Positions 9,976-19,654 of a stretch of 64,000 nt of DNA are shown here, one piece after another. The first letter of the stretch is position 1. Each line of letters starts with the position of its first letter. The stretch covers positions 3,808 through 67,807 of the forward strand of contig JBLHWZ010000001.1 in assembly GCA_047629415.1 (NCBI GenBank), read 5' to 3'. The translations under genes were made by a program, and so were the position numbers. The notes below the pieces were generated by a model, which worked only from the letters and a program-made list of their open reading frames with translations, did not search any database and was not told the DNA's origin. This DNA is from Bradymonadia bacterium. Lineage in GTDB: Bacteria; Myxococcota_A; Bradymonadia; REDH01.

Positions 9976-11370
9976 CTAGTTGCCTGCTTTCGCGCGATGC
10001 TCGTGCAAAGAGACGACTTGGAGGCTCGGTTGGGGTTCCGGCTGACGTTGTGCCTTCTGCGCGGCACGACGCCTCAGCGGCGAGCCGCCCTTCGCTTTCA
10101 TAGGCAGCAGAACGGCGATCATGACGCCCATATAGGGAACCATCGGCATGCGGTAGCGCGAGAGGGTTCCGAGGTTCGTGGTCGTCAGCCCGACAGCGAC
10201 CGAAAAGAGCGCGACGTAGACCAGGCAAAACATCAGGGGTGGGGAGCCACGGATTAGCCCCACCAACCGAAACCTCCGCCGTTGCACGATGAAGAGCACA
10301 GCGAAGAGAAGCAATGTGGTCTCCAACGCGTTCGCAGCCGCGATCGGGCTGCGAGCCTCGATCAAGAGAGGCCGGAACATCGCGGTGAACATCGCGATCG
10401 GGGCGGCCGCTACCTGGCCCGCGATGCCGGAGCCAACGGTGAGGCTATAGCCAGAGCCGCCAGCGGCCGTGCTGCCGATCTCCTGAAGGTGCTCGGCCTC
10501 ACCAGCGAAGTTCTCAAGAGCGTAGCGCGGGAAGAGCCGACCCAAACCCAGGACGCCAGTCACCATCACCACAAAGACAATCGATGTACGGAGAATGAGA
10601 ACTATCGGGCCCAGACCACTCACACGATTCGCGCGACGCTCATGCGATTGTGAACTCCAGTAGCTCCACACTCCGAAGCCGACGAGCATCGGGAAGAGAA
10701 TGTAGGCTTTGACCAGCGCCACTGGGATCGCGGCGAAGACCATCACGGTCAGGCCAATACCCCGCTTCTTCTTGTGAAATGCTTGGTAGTAGCCCCAAAC
10801 CACCCACCCGGCCGTCATCCAGATGACCCCCTCTTTCGTCAGGCAACCGGACCACAGCGCGACCGACGGCACCGCCATCAATCCGATCGCGATTCTCTGA
10901 CGGTATCGAGCAGGGAAGACCTCGCGAAACACGAGGTAGAGCGCGCCCTTACTGAGGAATGAGAACGCGCCCACGAAGAGGTTGATCCCGTAGATTGTCG
11001 CGCCAAAAGCCACCTGATGGAACGCGACGAACATGAACACCGTTTGCGTCGGTGCGTGGTTCCCCGGTGGAACGAACGGCAGGCGCTCCGAGAATGGAAC
11101 GAGAGCGTGGTGCAGATACGGGAGCACCCACGCAGCAGGGTCCTGCCGAATGACGGCCGACGCGCCCTGAGCGTGCTTGACGTACGACGTCATGTCGCCA
11201 TCGCCGTAGTAGAAATAGGTCAGCAGGACGTTCAGCAAGCCGAACATCACGTGCATCGCCCAGCCGAGGTAGATCGACGGCCTCTCACTCGGTGTCACAC
11301 GTTGCGAGATCGCGACCGAGAACGACACGCCGAGCAGCAACGCAACAATGCTGGCAATCACATCCGCCAT
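9976..11370 (-). CDS. Polytopic integral membrane protein (about 12 predicted TM helices; GT-C/O-antigen-polymerase-like or DUF2029-like guess)
   Basis: 464-aa ORF with many hydrophobic segments and short loops. No soluble domain was recognised. Confidence 0.65.
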   Translation of the reverse strand: MADVIASIVALLLGVSFSVAISQRVTPSERPSIYLGWAMHVMFGLLNVLLTYFYYGDGDMTSYVKHAQGASAVIRQDPAAWVLPYLHHALVPFSERLPFVPPGNHAPTQTVFMFVAFHQVAFGATIYGINLFVGAFSFLSKGALYLVFREVFPARYRQRIAIGLMAVPSVALWSGCLTKEGVIWMTAGWVVWGYYQAFHKKKRGIGLTVMVFAAIPVALVKAYILFPMLVGFGVWSYWSSQSHERRANRVSGLGPIVLILRTSIVFVVMVTGVLGLGRLFPRYALENFAGEAEHLQEIGSTAAGGSGYSLTVGSGIAGQVAAAPIAMFTAMFRPLLIEARSPIAAANALETTLLLFAVLFIVQRRRFRLVGLIRGSPPLMFCLVYVALFSVAVGLTTTNLGTLSRYRMPMVPYMGVMIAVLLPMKAKGGSPLRRRAAQKAQRQPEPQPSLQVVSLHEHRAKAGN

Positions 11371-11413
11371 GCCGGCCTCCTATCCCATCCCATTCTGTGA
11401 CGCCACATTGGGC

Positions 11414-12535
11414 TCAGACATTTGCTAGCAATGACATGTAGAGCGACTCCCACTCGTCGACCATACGATGCTTCCCGTACGTTCGTTCAACGTGGATTCG
11501 GCCGGCATCACCGAGCGCACGCCGCTCTGTATTGGTGAGGCCCATCATCGCGCTCATCGCGCCGAGTAGGTCGTCGTGCCCTGAGGTGCGCGCAAGAATC
11601 CCCTCCGCGGGGCTCGGGATAATCTCCGGTACACCGCCCACGTTCGTTGCTACTGCTGGTAAGCGCGACGCGAGCGCCTCGATAAGACCGTTGGGAGATG
11701 CCTCATATAGCGAGGGCAGAACGAACGCGTCGGCAGCCGCCATCAGGCGCGGCACGTCGCGACGAAGGCCCAGCAGCTGAACGGTGCCGTCTGCCAGTTC
11801 ATCGGGCACCATCGCGAGGATCTCCTCGTGCACATCGAAGAAGCCGCCGGCTGAGACCAGCCTAACGTTCGGGTGGGCCCGCCGCAGAGAGCGAAACGCC
11901 TTCACGAGCGTGGGGTAGTTTTTCTCTGCTCTCAGGTGGCCAACCACCAGCCACATGAAGTCATCGTCAGCGAGGCCAAGCTCCGCACGCACCTCTGCGC
12001 GAGCCGTATGATTCTCGTCGTAGAGACTCATATCAAGGCCGTTGCGGATCACTCGGACTTGTTCGGACAGAACCAGGCCGCGGGCCACAGCGTCATCCGC
12101 GATCGTCTGAGAGTTGAACACAATGAGATCTCCGAGCCGGCGAGTGAGCCGCAGCTGCCACTCACGCTTCGGGTTCGCCAGAATCGGCGTACGAATCGAA
12201 GAGACGATGATCGGCACGCGGGCCGCACGCCCCGCGATACGACCGATCGTGTTAGCAGCGACCAAAAACGTTGAGAGCACATCGGGGCGGTGCCGGCGCA
12301 GCTCTCGGATCATTCGAGCTATACCGCGCGGATCTGGAATGCCTCGCTGCATGCCGAGCAGAGTCACCGGGATTTCGGCCTGCTCGAGCGGCTCGACGAA
12401 GTCATTGCCCTCAAGAAGCGTGAGAATATTGGGAACCCAGCCGCGCTGCTTAAGCCCGATCGCAAGACGAACGAGTTGTGTTTCGGCGCCGCCACCCGAG
12501 AGCGAATTGGCACAGAAAGTGATTTTCCGCGTCAT
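11414..12535 (-). CDS. Glycosyltransferase family 4 (GT-B, RfaG/WcaL-like)
   Basis: The C-terminal GT4 signature EASPNGLIEALASRLPAVATNVGGVPEII is present with an N-terminal Rossmann half. The start is taken at MTRKITFCA (track ORF 11414..12568). Confidence 0.85.
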   Translation of the reverse strand: MTRKITFCANSLSGGGAETQLVRLAIGLKQRGWVPNILTLLEGNDFVEPLEQAEIPVTLLGMQRGIPDPRGIARMIRELRRHRPDVLSTFLVAANTIGRIAGRAARVPIIVSSIRTPILANPKREWQLRLTRRLGDLIVFNSQTIADDAVARGLVLSEQVRVIRNGLDMSLYDENHTARAEVRAELGLADDDFMWLVVGHLRAEKNYPTLVKAFRSLRRAHPNVRLVSAGGFFDVHEEILAMVPDELADGTVQLLGLRRDVPRLMAAADAFVLPSLYEASPNGLIEALASRLPAVATNVGGVPEIIPSPAEGILARTSGHDDLLGAMSAMMGLTNTERRALGDAGRIHVERTYGKHRMVDEWESLYMSLLANV

Positions 12536-12681
12536 GTGGAGACCTCTAACAAAGACAGGAGTCACCAATCGAGGTGGCGAGTCGAGAAGCGAGGCCGAGA
12601 CTCGGCTGTCGTGCTCAACCTTGGACGATGCTCAGCGACGGCGCGCGACGGTGCTCAGCTCTACTGATCAGGGAAAGGGCC

Positions 12682-13602
12682 TCAGCTCTTAACAGGCACT
12701 GCCTTGAGGAAAGCGTTACCGTCTTTGACGACGACATCAAAGTCGACTCGCGCGCAATCGTGCTTGGCGCGGGTCTTCGCACGCTGCTTCTCCAGGCTGC
12801 GCTTGACCGCCTCGTAGCTAAGATTGTCGACGTTGTGATTGAGCTTCTGCTTCTCGGAGACGAAGCGTTCATAAACCTCACGATCAACGTCACGGGATGT
12901 CGCGGCACGCTCTGAAGGTGCCTGTCCTGGCGCGACTCCGGTGGCGACCCCAGCCTTCACTCGCCGTCGCATCTCCTTGAGCATCTCCGCCTTCTTCGTG
13001 ACGTCGTCGACGGTCATCCCACGGATGTCCGGCGCCGGCTTGGCGGCCGCTTCGGGAGGCCTTGGCGGCTCAGGCAACAGCTCGACTTCAGCGATGGCAC
13101 CTGGTTTTGTGCCTCCCTCTAGGGCGCTCATGAAGTCCATGGCAGCGTTGGCTACCTCGGCTTTGCGCTTGGCTTTCCGGGTTTCTGTTGCGGCGTCTGC
13201 CGCGTCGGCGCCTTTGGCGTTACGAACCATGTTAATCGCTAGGTGATCGGCCGGTGCGAGGCCGTTTGCGTCGAGCTTGGCTTTGCGCTTCTCGGCCCTG
13301 CCGACTTGCGTGCGGTGCTTGCCCTCTTCCATGTCGCGCATCGAACGCTGCCAGTAGGCCTTCTGGCTGTTGTAGCGCTGGATCAAGGAGTTGGCTCGGA
13401 ACTTCCCCTGAGCGCGCCTGATCTTCGCACGCTGGAGTTGGTAAACCATGCGAACCACGTCCTTCTGAACTTGGTGTGGCGGGACCTTCTCGATTCCGAT
13501 GAAGTACTGTTCATAGAGCGCCCGCAGACGTTCCATGCGTTTTTCGAGCTGAACTAGAAGTACTTCCAGCTCCTCTTCATCCATCTCTTGTTGCGCGGCC
13601 AT
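12682..13602 (-). CDS. Conserved hypothetical Lys/Arg/Glu-rich protein (coiled-coil N-terminus, Ala/Lys-rich centre, conserved C-terminal domain)
   Basis: 306-aa ORF with a strongly charged composition. It resembles myxobacterial-type conserved hypotheticals, but no family was confidently recognised. Confidence 0.55.
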   Translation of the reverse strand: MAAQQEMDEEELEVLLVQLEKRMERLRALYEQYFIGIEKVPPHQVQKDVVRMVYQLQRAKIRRAQGKFRANSLIQRYNSQKAYWQRSMRDMEEGKHRTQVGRAEKRKAKLDANGLAPADHLAINMVRNAKGADAADAATETRKAKRKAEVANAAMDFMSALEGGTKPGAIAEVELLPEPPRPPEAAAKPAPDIRGMTVDDVTKKAEMLKEMRRRVKAGVATGVAPGQAPSERAATSRDVDREVYERFVSEKQKLNHNVDNLSYEAVKRSLEKQRAKTRAKHDCARVDFDVVVKDGNAFLKAVPVKS

Positions 13603-13774
13603 TCGTTCCTGCGTTGAGAAGCGGGCACGTGCATTGTAGACGACCGAGGCTGGCTCGCAAGGAACCCAGCGGAATCCTGCATGTTCTCAGCGCGCCTGCG
13701 CCGCCGGGAGAGTCAGTTCTGCTGAGAGAGCCAGTCCACGACTGCCCTCCGCGACCTGCTCGCCAGCGATCCTA

Positions 13775-14788
13775 TTGAGCCGCTCATCCACCAACCCGGT
13801 CCGCGTTTTACTCGGGCTCGCAGCACTTTCGGTACTAGCGGGACTGGTGGGCACGTTCGTGGGTAGCACGCCCATGGCCCCAGCTCGCGTTTGGGCTGGA
13901 CTCACAGGAGCAGACCCCGCCGCGACCGCCATCGTGCGCGGCGTGCGCCTACCAATGGTCATCTTGGCAGGACTTGTTGGCGCCCTGCTCTCCGGCTCAG
14001 GAGCGGCCGTACAAGGGCTGCTCAGAAACCCCCTCGCCGATCCCTACCTGCTGGGAATAAGCGGAGGCGCAGCGGTCGGCGTTGCCCTCACGGTAGTCAC
14101 GGGCACGGACACCGCCGCTCTCATGACCATCGCTGCCTTCCTCGGATCGATCGTCGCGGTCGCGCTCATCTACGCAGTCGCAGGCTCGGTTTCCTCCCAG
14201 CGATCCGGCGACGCCACGACCACGCTCCTGCTCACGGGCGTCGTCTTCAACGCGATGGCCGGGGCAGCGATCCTCGTGATGCACGCCCTGCTCGCCCCCG
14301 AACGATCGCACTCACTCCTGCTCTGGATGATGGGCTCGCTGGACTCTAGCAGCTCGCTCGCCCCGATCATGACCGCCGCCGCGCTGGTCATCGGGGCGGC
14401 TGTGTTGATCCCGGCCGGTCACTCCATGAATGCGCTCGGGCTGGGCGAGGAACAGGCGCGCGCCGTCGGCATCGATCCCGATCGACTTCGACGGACGGTG
14501 TTCCTGACCACCTCACTGATGGTCGGGACCGCGGTCGCGTTCAGCGGCCTCATCGGATTCGTCGGCCTACTCGTGCCGCACCTCGTCCGTATCCGCTGGG
14601 GAGGAGACTACCGGATCCTGATCCCGGCGAGCATGTTGGGCGGAGCGGGGTTCCTGATCCTTGCGGATGTCCTGGCCCGGGCAGCGTTTCACGTGGCCGA
14701 TAGCGTACTCCCCGTCGGCGCCGTCACGGCCTTGATCGGCGCGCCCACGTTCATCTGGTTGCTCCGCTTCTCGCTGAGGCGCTCATGA
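13775..14788 (+). CDS. FecCD-family ABC transporter permease (iron-siderophore/cobalamin/heme type)
   Basis: About 9-10 TM helices and the FecCD motif region LTGVVFNAMAGAAILV. Its stop overlaps the downstream ATPase start. Confidence 0.85.
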   Translation: MSRSSTNPVRVLLGLAALSVLAGLVGTFVGSTPMAPARVWAGLTGADPAATAIVRGVRLPMVILAGLVGALLSGSGAAVQGLLRNPLADPYLLGISGGAAVGVALTVVTGTDTAALMTIAAFLGSIVAVALIYAVAGSVSSQRSGDATTTLLLTGVVFNAMAGAAILVMHALLAPERSHSLLLWMMGSLDSSSSLAPIMTAAALVIGAAVLIPAGHSMNALGLGEEQARAVGIDPDRLRRTVFLTTSLMVGTAVAFSGLIGFVGLLVPHLVRIRWGGDYRILIPASMLGGAGFLILADVLARAAFHVADSVLPVGAVTALIGAPTFIWLLRFSLRRS

Positions 14789-15546
14789 GTGTTCAGGTAA
14801 AAGTCGCGACGGTCCAGCACGGCGGAAAGCCGGCATTGAACAGGGTCTCGATCACCTTCGAGCCGGGATCGCTCACGGCGATCATCGGGCCAAACGGGGC
14901 CGGAAAGTCGACGCTGCTTCGCGCTTGCGCAGGGCTGCTCCCGCTGAGCGATGGGAGCGTGACGCTTGCGGGCCGCTGCCTTGCAGAGATCCGCCCAGCC
15001 GACGTCGCGAAGCTGATCTCGATGATGTCCCAGCGCATAGAGTCCCCGCAGCTTTCGGTGCTCGACGTCATCCTGCTCGGACGCTCGGCGTACCTTGGAC
15101 GATTCGGTCAGGCCGGTAAGACAGACCGAGAGGCGGCTATTGAGGCGGCGGCCGAAGTCGGCGTGGCGGGGCTCGCAGACCGAGAATTCCCCTCACTCTC
15201 CGGGGGCGAGCGCCAACGGGTTCTCTTCGCGATGCAGACCCTGCAAGCAGCGCCCGTCGCACTCTTTGACGAGCCCAATAGCGCACAGGACTTCGACGGC
15301 ACCCGGTTGATGCTCGGTGTGCTTAGGCGCCGAACGGCGAACGGAGACTGCGTCATCGCCGCGGTTCACGACTTGAATCTCGCGCTCCGAGGCTTTGACC
15401 GAGTGATTTGCCTCGCAGACGGCGAGGTAGTCGCTGACGGCGAGCCCGAGGCGACCGTGGCATCGACCGAGGTCAATGCTGCGTTCTCAGGAGCTCTTCG
15501 GATCGAGCAAGCGGAGAACGGGATCGTGGTCTTGCCACGGATTTGA
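14785..15546 (+). CDS. ABC transporter ATP-binding protein (FecE/FhuC/BtuD-like)
   Basis: Walker A GPNGAGKST, signature LSGGERQRV and Walker B ALFDEP. It overlaps the permease by 4 nt. Confidence 0.9.
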   Translation: MSVQVKVATVQHGGKPALNRVSITFEPGSLTAIIGPNGAGKSTLLRACAGLLPLSDGSVTLAGRCLAEIRPADVAKLISMMSQRIESPQLSVLDVILLGRSAYLGRFGQAGKTDREAAIEAAAEVGVAGLADREFPSLSGGERQRVLFAMQTLQAAPVALFDEPNSAQDFDGTRLMLGVLRRRTANGDCVIAAVHDLNLALRGFDRVICLADGEVVADGEPEATVASTEVNAAFSGALRIEQAENGIVVLPRI

Positions 15547-15966
15547 GACAACGCGAGCGGTGGCTCTGAAGGCGACGGCAGAGCGCAGCCCGAGAAATCT
15601 GGGGCGTCGCAGGAGCCCGACAGGGTTCGAGACTCAGCTCAACTTCGTTCCGGTACCGTTGCGCTCGTCACTCCTCATTTTCTACGACGGTTGTACGTGA
15701 ATACCGGAGCGAGGAGACCGAAGTGAGCAGCGGAGTGGTCGGACTTGGTGCGATAATTTGCGACATGGCAGCACTTGCCCCTACATTGCGTACATCCTCG
15801 TACCCAACAGAGACGTTATGGACCGCGAACATATCAAGCACCTCATCGACAGTCTGGAGACGCTCAAGCGTGTGAGCCGCAAGGCGCAGCTGACGCCCGG
15901 CGACCCGCACAGCCACACGCCGCCGGTCGGCTGGTGGATCCGCGAGCATCAGGACGAAGACCTGAG

Positions 15967-17004
15967 CTAGGGTTCGGGCGCCGTTTCAAAGACGCGAGCG
16001 ACGACCGCATCCGCGTCCTTCAATCGGCTCCATTCCTGGCTCTCCAGCAAGTCGTGTACGGCCTCACGGTCATCCAATTCGGCGAGGCTCCGCAGCCAGA
16101 CTTCGGCGACCTCGGCGTCCAGATCGGCGCGTCGGAGGTAGCTCACTGCTTCCTTAGCCCGGCCCATTTGCGCGGTGGAGAGGCCAAGGATCCTCCAGAC
16201 TTCTGCGAGAACTCGCTTGGGCACATGCGGCTCGGTGCGAATCTGGTGACAGTAGCGGGCCGCCTCGTGCCAGTTCCCTGTCGCAAACGCAGATCGTGCC
16301 TCGCCGAGCAGCTCCTTCGAGAACTTGCTCTGGCCGCGGATCGGGCCTGACGCGCGGTCGCCCTTCAGCGCTTGGAAGTTCATCCATGCGACGACCGCCC
16401 CGAGCACGATCGCAAATCGGGAGAATCCAACCGACAGCGCGTATCCGATGAGGCCGAGCGCCAGGGCGATCCCCACAGAGTGCGTGATGCGCTCGGCTTT
16501 CAGCGGCGTCATGAAGCGAAGCAGTCCCAGCCGGAACAGGCGTCCGCCATCAAGCGGCCAGATCGGCAACACGTTGATCAACGTCCAGAATACGTTGACG
16601 TAGATCATGAAATCTAAGCCCAGGATGACCACCGGCGAGGAGAGGTAGGCCTCAACCGAGAAGCGCACGAGCGCCCAGCGGACGCCCCAGAACGTCAGTC
16701 CCAGCAACATGCCTGCGGCGGGACCCGCGATCAGAATCATCGCGTCTTCAGCGTCCGAGTCGGCACGCTCATGAGCGCAGGAGCCGCCCCAAATCTCGAG
16801 ACGAACGGAGGGGTTCAGCCGATAGCGTTTGGCGAACATCGCGTGCCCAAACTCGTGCACCAGTAAGCTGATCGTCAGCACCATGAACCACAGAACGCCA
16901 ACCTCGGGGCCGCTCTGCAGGCCGTTCCAGGCCACGATGATCAGGTACCAAAAGCTGATGGTGATGGGCACGCCTGCGAGCGAGCCGACGGGTAGTCCGT
17001 TCAT
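15967..17004 (-). CDS. M50-family membrane metalloprotease (site-2 protease-like) fused to a C-terminal TPR region
   Basis: HEFGHAMFAKRY (HExxH) sits in a TM helix, with a later LDGG-containing region and a C-terminal TPR-like helical tail. The start is set at MNGLPVG (complement start codon ending at 17004). The longer track ORF to 17700 runs antisense through the next gene's Ala-codon repeat. Confidence 0.75.
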   Translation of the reverse strand: MNGLPVGSLAGVPITISFWYLIIVAWNGLQSGPEVGVLWFMVLTISLLVHEFGHAMFAKRYRLNPSVRLEIWGGSCAHERADSDAEDAMILIAGPAAGMLLGLTFWGVRWALVRFSVEAYLSSPVVILGLDFMIYVNVFWTLINVLPIWPLDGGRLFRLGLLRFMTPLKAERITHSVGIALALGLIGYALSVGFSRFAIVLGAVVAWMNFQALKGDRASGPIRGQSKFSKELLGEARSAFATGNWHEAARYCHQIRTEPHVPKRVLAEVWRILGLSTAQMGRAKEAVSYLRRADLDAEVAEVWLRSLAELDDREAVHDLLESQEWSRLKDADAVVARVFETAPEP

Positions 17005-17148
17005 GCCGAGTCGCTTACTACGGCGAACGGTGCGTCGACAACCGCTCGCCGGGCACCTCATCGCTCGTAGCCTCCTGATTTCAGCATTGTTCCACCGAAT
17101 GCCGACTCCAAACTTGCTCGCTCTGGGTACCAATGCCACAAGAGATTC

Positions 17149-18321
17149 ATGAGAATTTTGCTTACGATCGTGCTCTGTCTCCCCGCGTCGGCGATGGCCC
17201 AATCCGGAGAGCCGGAGGCTCCCCCTGAAACCCAACCGGCCGAGGCTGCCGAGGAGGCAGAAGCCGGCGCGGACGACGCAGAAGCCAGCGCGGATGAGAC
17301 CGAAGAGGAAGGCGGCAGCAACCTCGAGACGGTTCTGGACGAGATTCAGGATGAGCAAGACGCAGAGGCAGCTACAGCAGCCGCAGCAGCCGCAGCAGCA
17401 GCCGCAGCGGATGCCGCTCGAGCAGCAGAAGAGGTCGCGCCCATCGTGATCCGTCCGGCCAATCTCCACGAGCCCGTCGCCGTATCCGAGCGACGGCCCC
17501 CACAGGACGTCATCGTCATCCATGAAGAAGAGGAGGGATGGGATCCTGAGGTAGAGATCTGGAGTGGTCTCTACGTGCAGGAGGGCATCGATGCCGGCTT
17601 CTTCCTCGGACTCTCGTTCGCGGTGGTCGAACAGGGCCCGCAGACGCGCTCCGAGTATGTCATCGCCGATCACTACGCACGGCGGGCCGTCTGGAACCAC
17701 CTCGACCTGAGCTTCGGCGTCAACCCGGGTAACGGCCTCGACGAGACCACCCTGGTGCTCGGTATTCGCGGCACCCGAACGGAGGTTGAGACCGGCGGTG
17801 GAGCGGAGAGCGGGACGTCAGAGATCTTCTTCGGACCCGCGCGATTCGAGCGCTCTCTCGCGATGGAACGTGAAGCGGACATCACCGTTTCGCTCGTTGA
17901 GGGCTACGCCGATCGGCGTTTCGCGATCCGTGAGGGTGCCTCGGTTCACGTTCTCGCCGACGTCGGTGCCGCGGGCTTCAACCACATCCAGTACACTCCT
18001 CTGAACGGTGTGGACCACTTCTTCAATGGCGTGCGAGCGCTCTCGCTCGACGTGACGATCGCGCCGGAGTTCACGCTCGGTGAGTCGGGCAGTAACTTCC
18101 GCTATATCGCCGGCCTCGCTGGAGACATCGCGATCGGCGCCCGAGATGGCGGCCTCCTCACCGTGCATTCTGACCTCAAAGCGGAGAGCGGAGTTGGTGG
18201 CGACATCACCGAGTGGGTGTCCTGGAGTGCCTTGATCGGGTATCGCGGAGCGGTGGACAGTCGTCGCGATAACCGCAGCGGCTGGTACTCCAACGTTCTC
18301 CTTCGCGGCCGAATCCCTTGA
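17149..18321 (+). CDS. Secreted hypothetical protein with an acidic low-complexity N-terminal region (E/A/D-rich, poly-Ala run) and a beta-rich C-terminal domain
   Basis: Signal peptide MRILLTIVLCLPASAMA. A GCA/GCC codon repeat encodes AAAAAAAAAAADAARAAEE. Confidence 0.6.
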   Translation: MRILLTIVLCLPASAMAQSGEPEAPPETQPAEAAEEAEAGADDAEASADETEEEGGSNLETVLDEIQDEQDAEAATAAAAAAAAAAADAARAAEEVAPIVIRPANLHEPVAVSERRPPQDVIVIHEEEEGWDPEVEIWSGLYVQEGIDAGFFLGLSFAVVEQGPQTRSEYVIADHYARRAVWNHLDLSFGVNPGNGLDETTLVLGIRGTRTEVETGGGAESGTSEIFFGPARFERSLAMEREADITVSLVEGYADRRFAIREGASVHVLADVGAAGFNHIQYTPLNGVDHFFNGVRALSLDVTIAPEFTLGESGSNFRYIAGLAGDIAIGARDGGLLTVHSDLKAESGVGGDITEWVSWSALIGYRGAVDSRRDNRSGWYSNVLLRGRIP

Positions 18322-18487
18322 ACGCCCGACACGCCGGCAAACGACGATCGAGCGGCGCGATTGCGCTCGTTCTCGTCATCGCATGGATCGTCCTCTTTAC
18401 AGTGTACGACCGCGCCTCCTACTCGTTGCTCGTGGCGATCGCGTGGTTCGCGGTCATCGCTCTCCGTCCCCCGCCCACCAAACGCCA

Positions 18488-19654
18488 ATGAGCGCGCTTC
18501 TTCGCAACGCCATCACGGCGGCTGTCCTCCTCTCGATCACGTTGCTCCCCTCGATGGAGGGCTTCGCTCAAGGCCAGGAACCGGTCCACGGACTCACCGA
18601 CGAGCCGAGCGAGCCGGTTGAACTATCGGAGTTCAACCCAGACTTCCACGATGCGCCCTACTTTGAAACATGGGACTTCTGGATGTGGTCGGAGGATGGC
18701 ACCGTCATGCTCCTGCAGTTCCTCTCCTCCAGCTTCGGCTTCGGGATCGAGAAACAGGGCTCCGGCAGACTGATCGTCATCAGCCCCGAAGCAATAAATA
18801 TCGGCGACGACCCGGACGGCGTGAGCTTCGCTGACCGAGGATGGTCCTGGGACGATGGGTGGAGTTGGGCAGAGGTTCCGCTCGACATCACCTGGCGAGA
18901 CTCCTTCTTGCGCGGCGACGGCGAGACCTTCGAATTCTACCTCCGAGGCCGCAACCGCACGACCTACATGGAAGCGACGATGACCTTGGTCGACCCGCTC
19001 TATCGGCCCGGCGACGGACGACTTGAGTACGGATGGGACCGCCACTTCTTCTACGAGCAAATCGCGATCCCGCGCTTCACGTTCGAAGGTCGATTGAACC
19101 GCAAGGACCACCGCGACGACGAAGACAGCTGGGAAGACGTCAGCGGCGTCGGATACGGCGAACACACGCTGACCAACAACTTCCCCTTCGACATCGCCCA
19201 GCGCTTCATTGGGTTTCGGGCGCTCCGAGATGACGGTCTGACCATCATCGCTGACGGCCTCACGACCCCGCAGGAATTCGGCGGCCGAGGGATCAACTGG
19301 GGTGTCGTGAGCCTTGGAGGGCAGCCGCTCATCGAGTCCGCTGAGGTGACCATCGTTCCGCTCAACGAGACGCCATTCGTGGGCGCCGGAAACGAATACA
19401 GCGTGCCCGGCGGGCTGCAGATTCAAATGCAAGACGGCGCCAACTGGGCCCGCGTGAACGTCTACAACGGCGAACTGGTCAGCGCGACGAGCCCCTTCGC
19501 CCGCGTCGGCACCTTCCTACGCGCCATGCTCGGCGCAATAATGGCGCCCTTCGACTTCGAGTCGACCGCCGAATACGAAGCGTGGGTGCATGTTGATGGC
19601 GAAACCGCGTACGTCTCCGGCCGCGGCTGGATGACGACGAACTTCACCGAATGA
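18488..19654 (+). CDS. Secreted hypothetical protein
   Basis: The start is taken at ATG 18488 (MSALLRNAITAAVLLSITLLPSMEGFAQG signal peptide) inside track ORF 18383..19654. It is Trp/Asp-rich and lies in an operon-like arrangement with its neighbours. Confidence 0.6.
   Translation: MSALLRNAITAAVLLSITLLPSMEGFAQGQEPVHGLTDEPSEPVELSEFNPDFHDAPYFETWDFWMWSEDGTVMLLQFLSSSFGFGIEKQGSGRLIVISPEAINIGDDPDGVSFADRGWSWDDGWSWAEVPLDITWRDSFLRGDGETFEFYLRGRNRTTYMEATMTLVDPLYRPGDGRLEYGWDRHFFYEQIAIPRFTFEGRLNRKDHRDDEDSWEDVSGVGYGEHTLTNNFPFDIAQRFIGFRALRDDGLTIIADGLTTPQEFGGRGINWGVVSLGGQPLIESAEVTIVPLNETPFVGAGNEYSVPGGLQIQMQDGANWARVNVYNGELVSATSPFARVGTFLRAMLGAIMAPFDFESTAEYEAWVHVDGETAYVSGRGWMTTNFTE

Noticed and set aside
15700-15970. 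Sigma-54-like promoter TGGCAGCACTTGCC (about 15760) and a 50-codon ORF MDREHIKHLIDSLETLKRVSRKAQLTPGDPHSHTPPVGWWIREHQDEDLS in the 420-bp ORF-free region
   Set aside because: The GG-to-GC spacing is 2 bp shorter than the -24/-12 consensus. The small ORF has no convincing ribosome-binding site or recognisable fold. It is kept only as a note.
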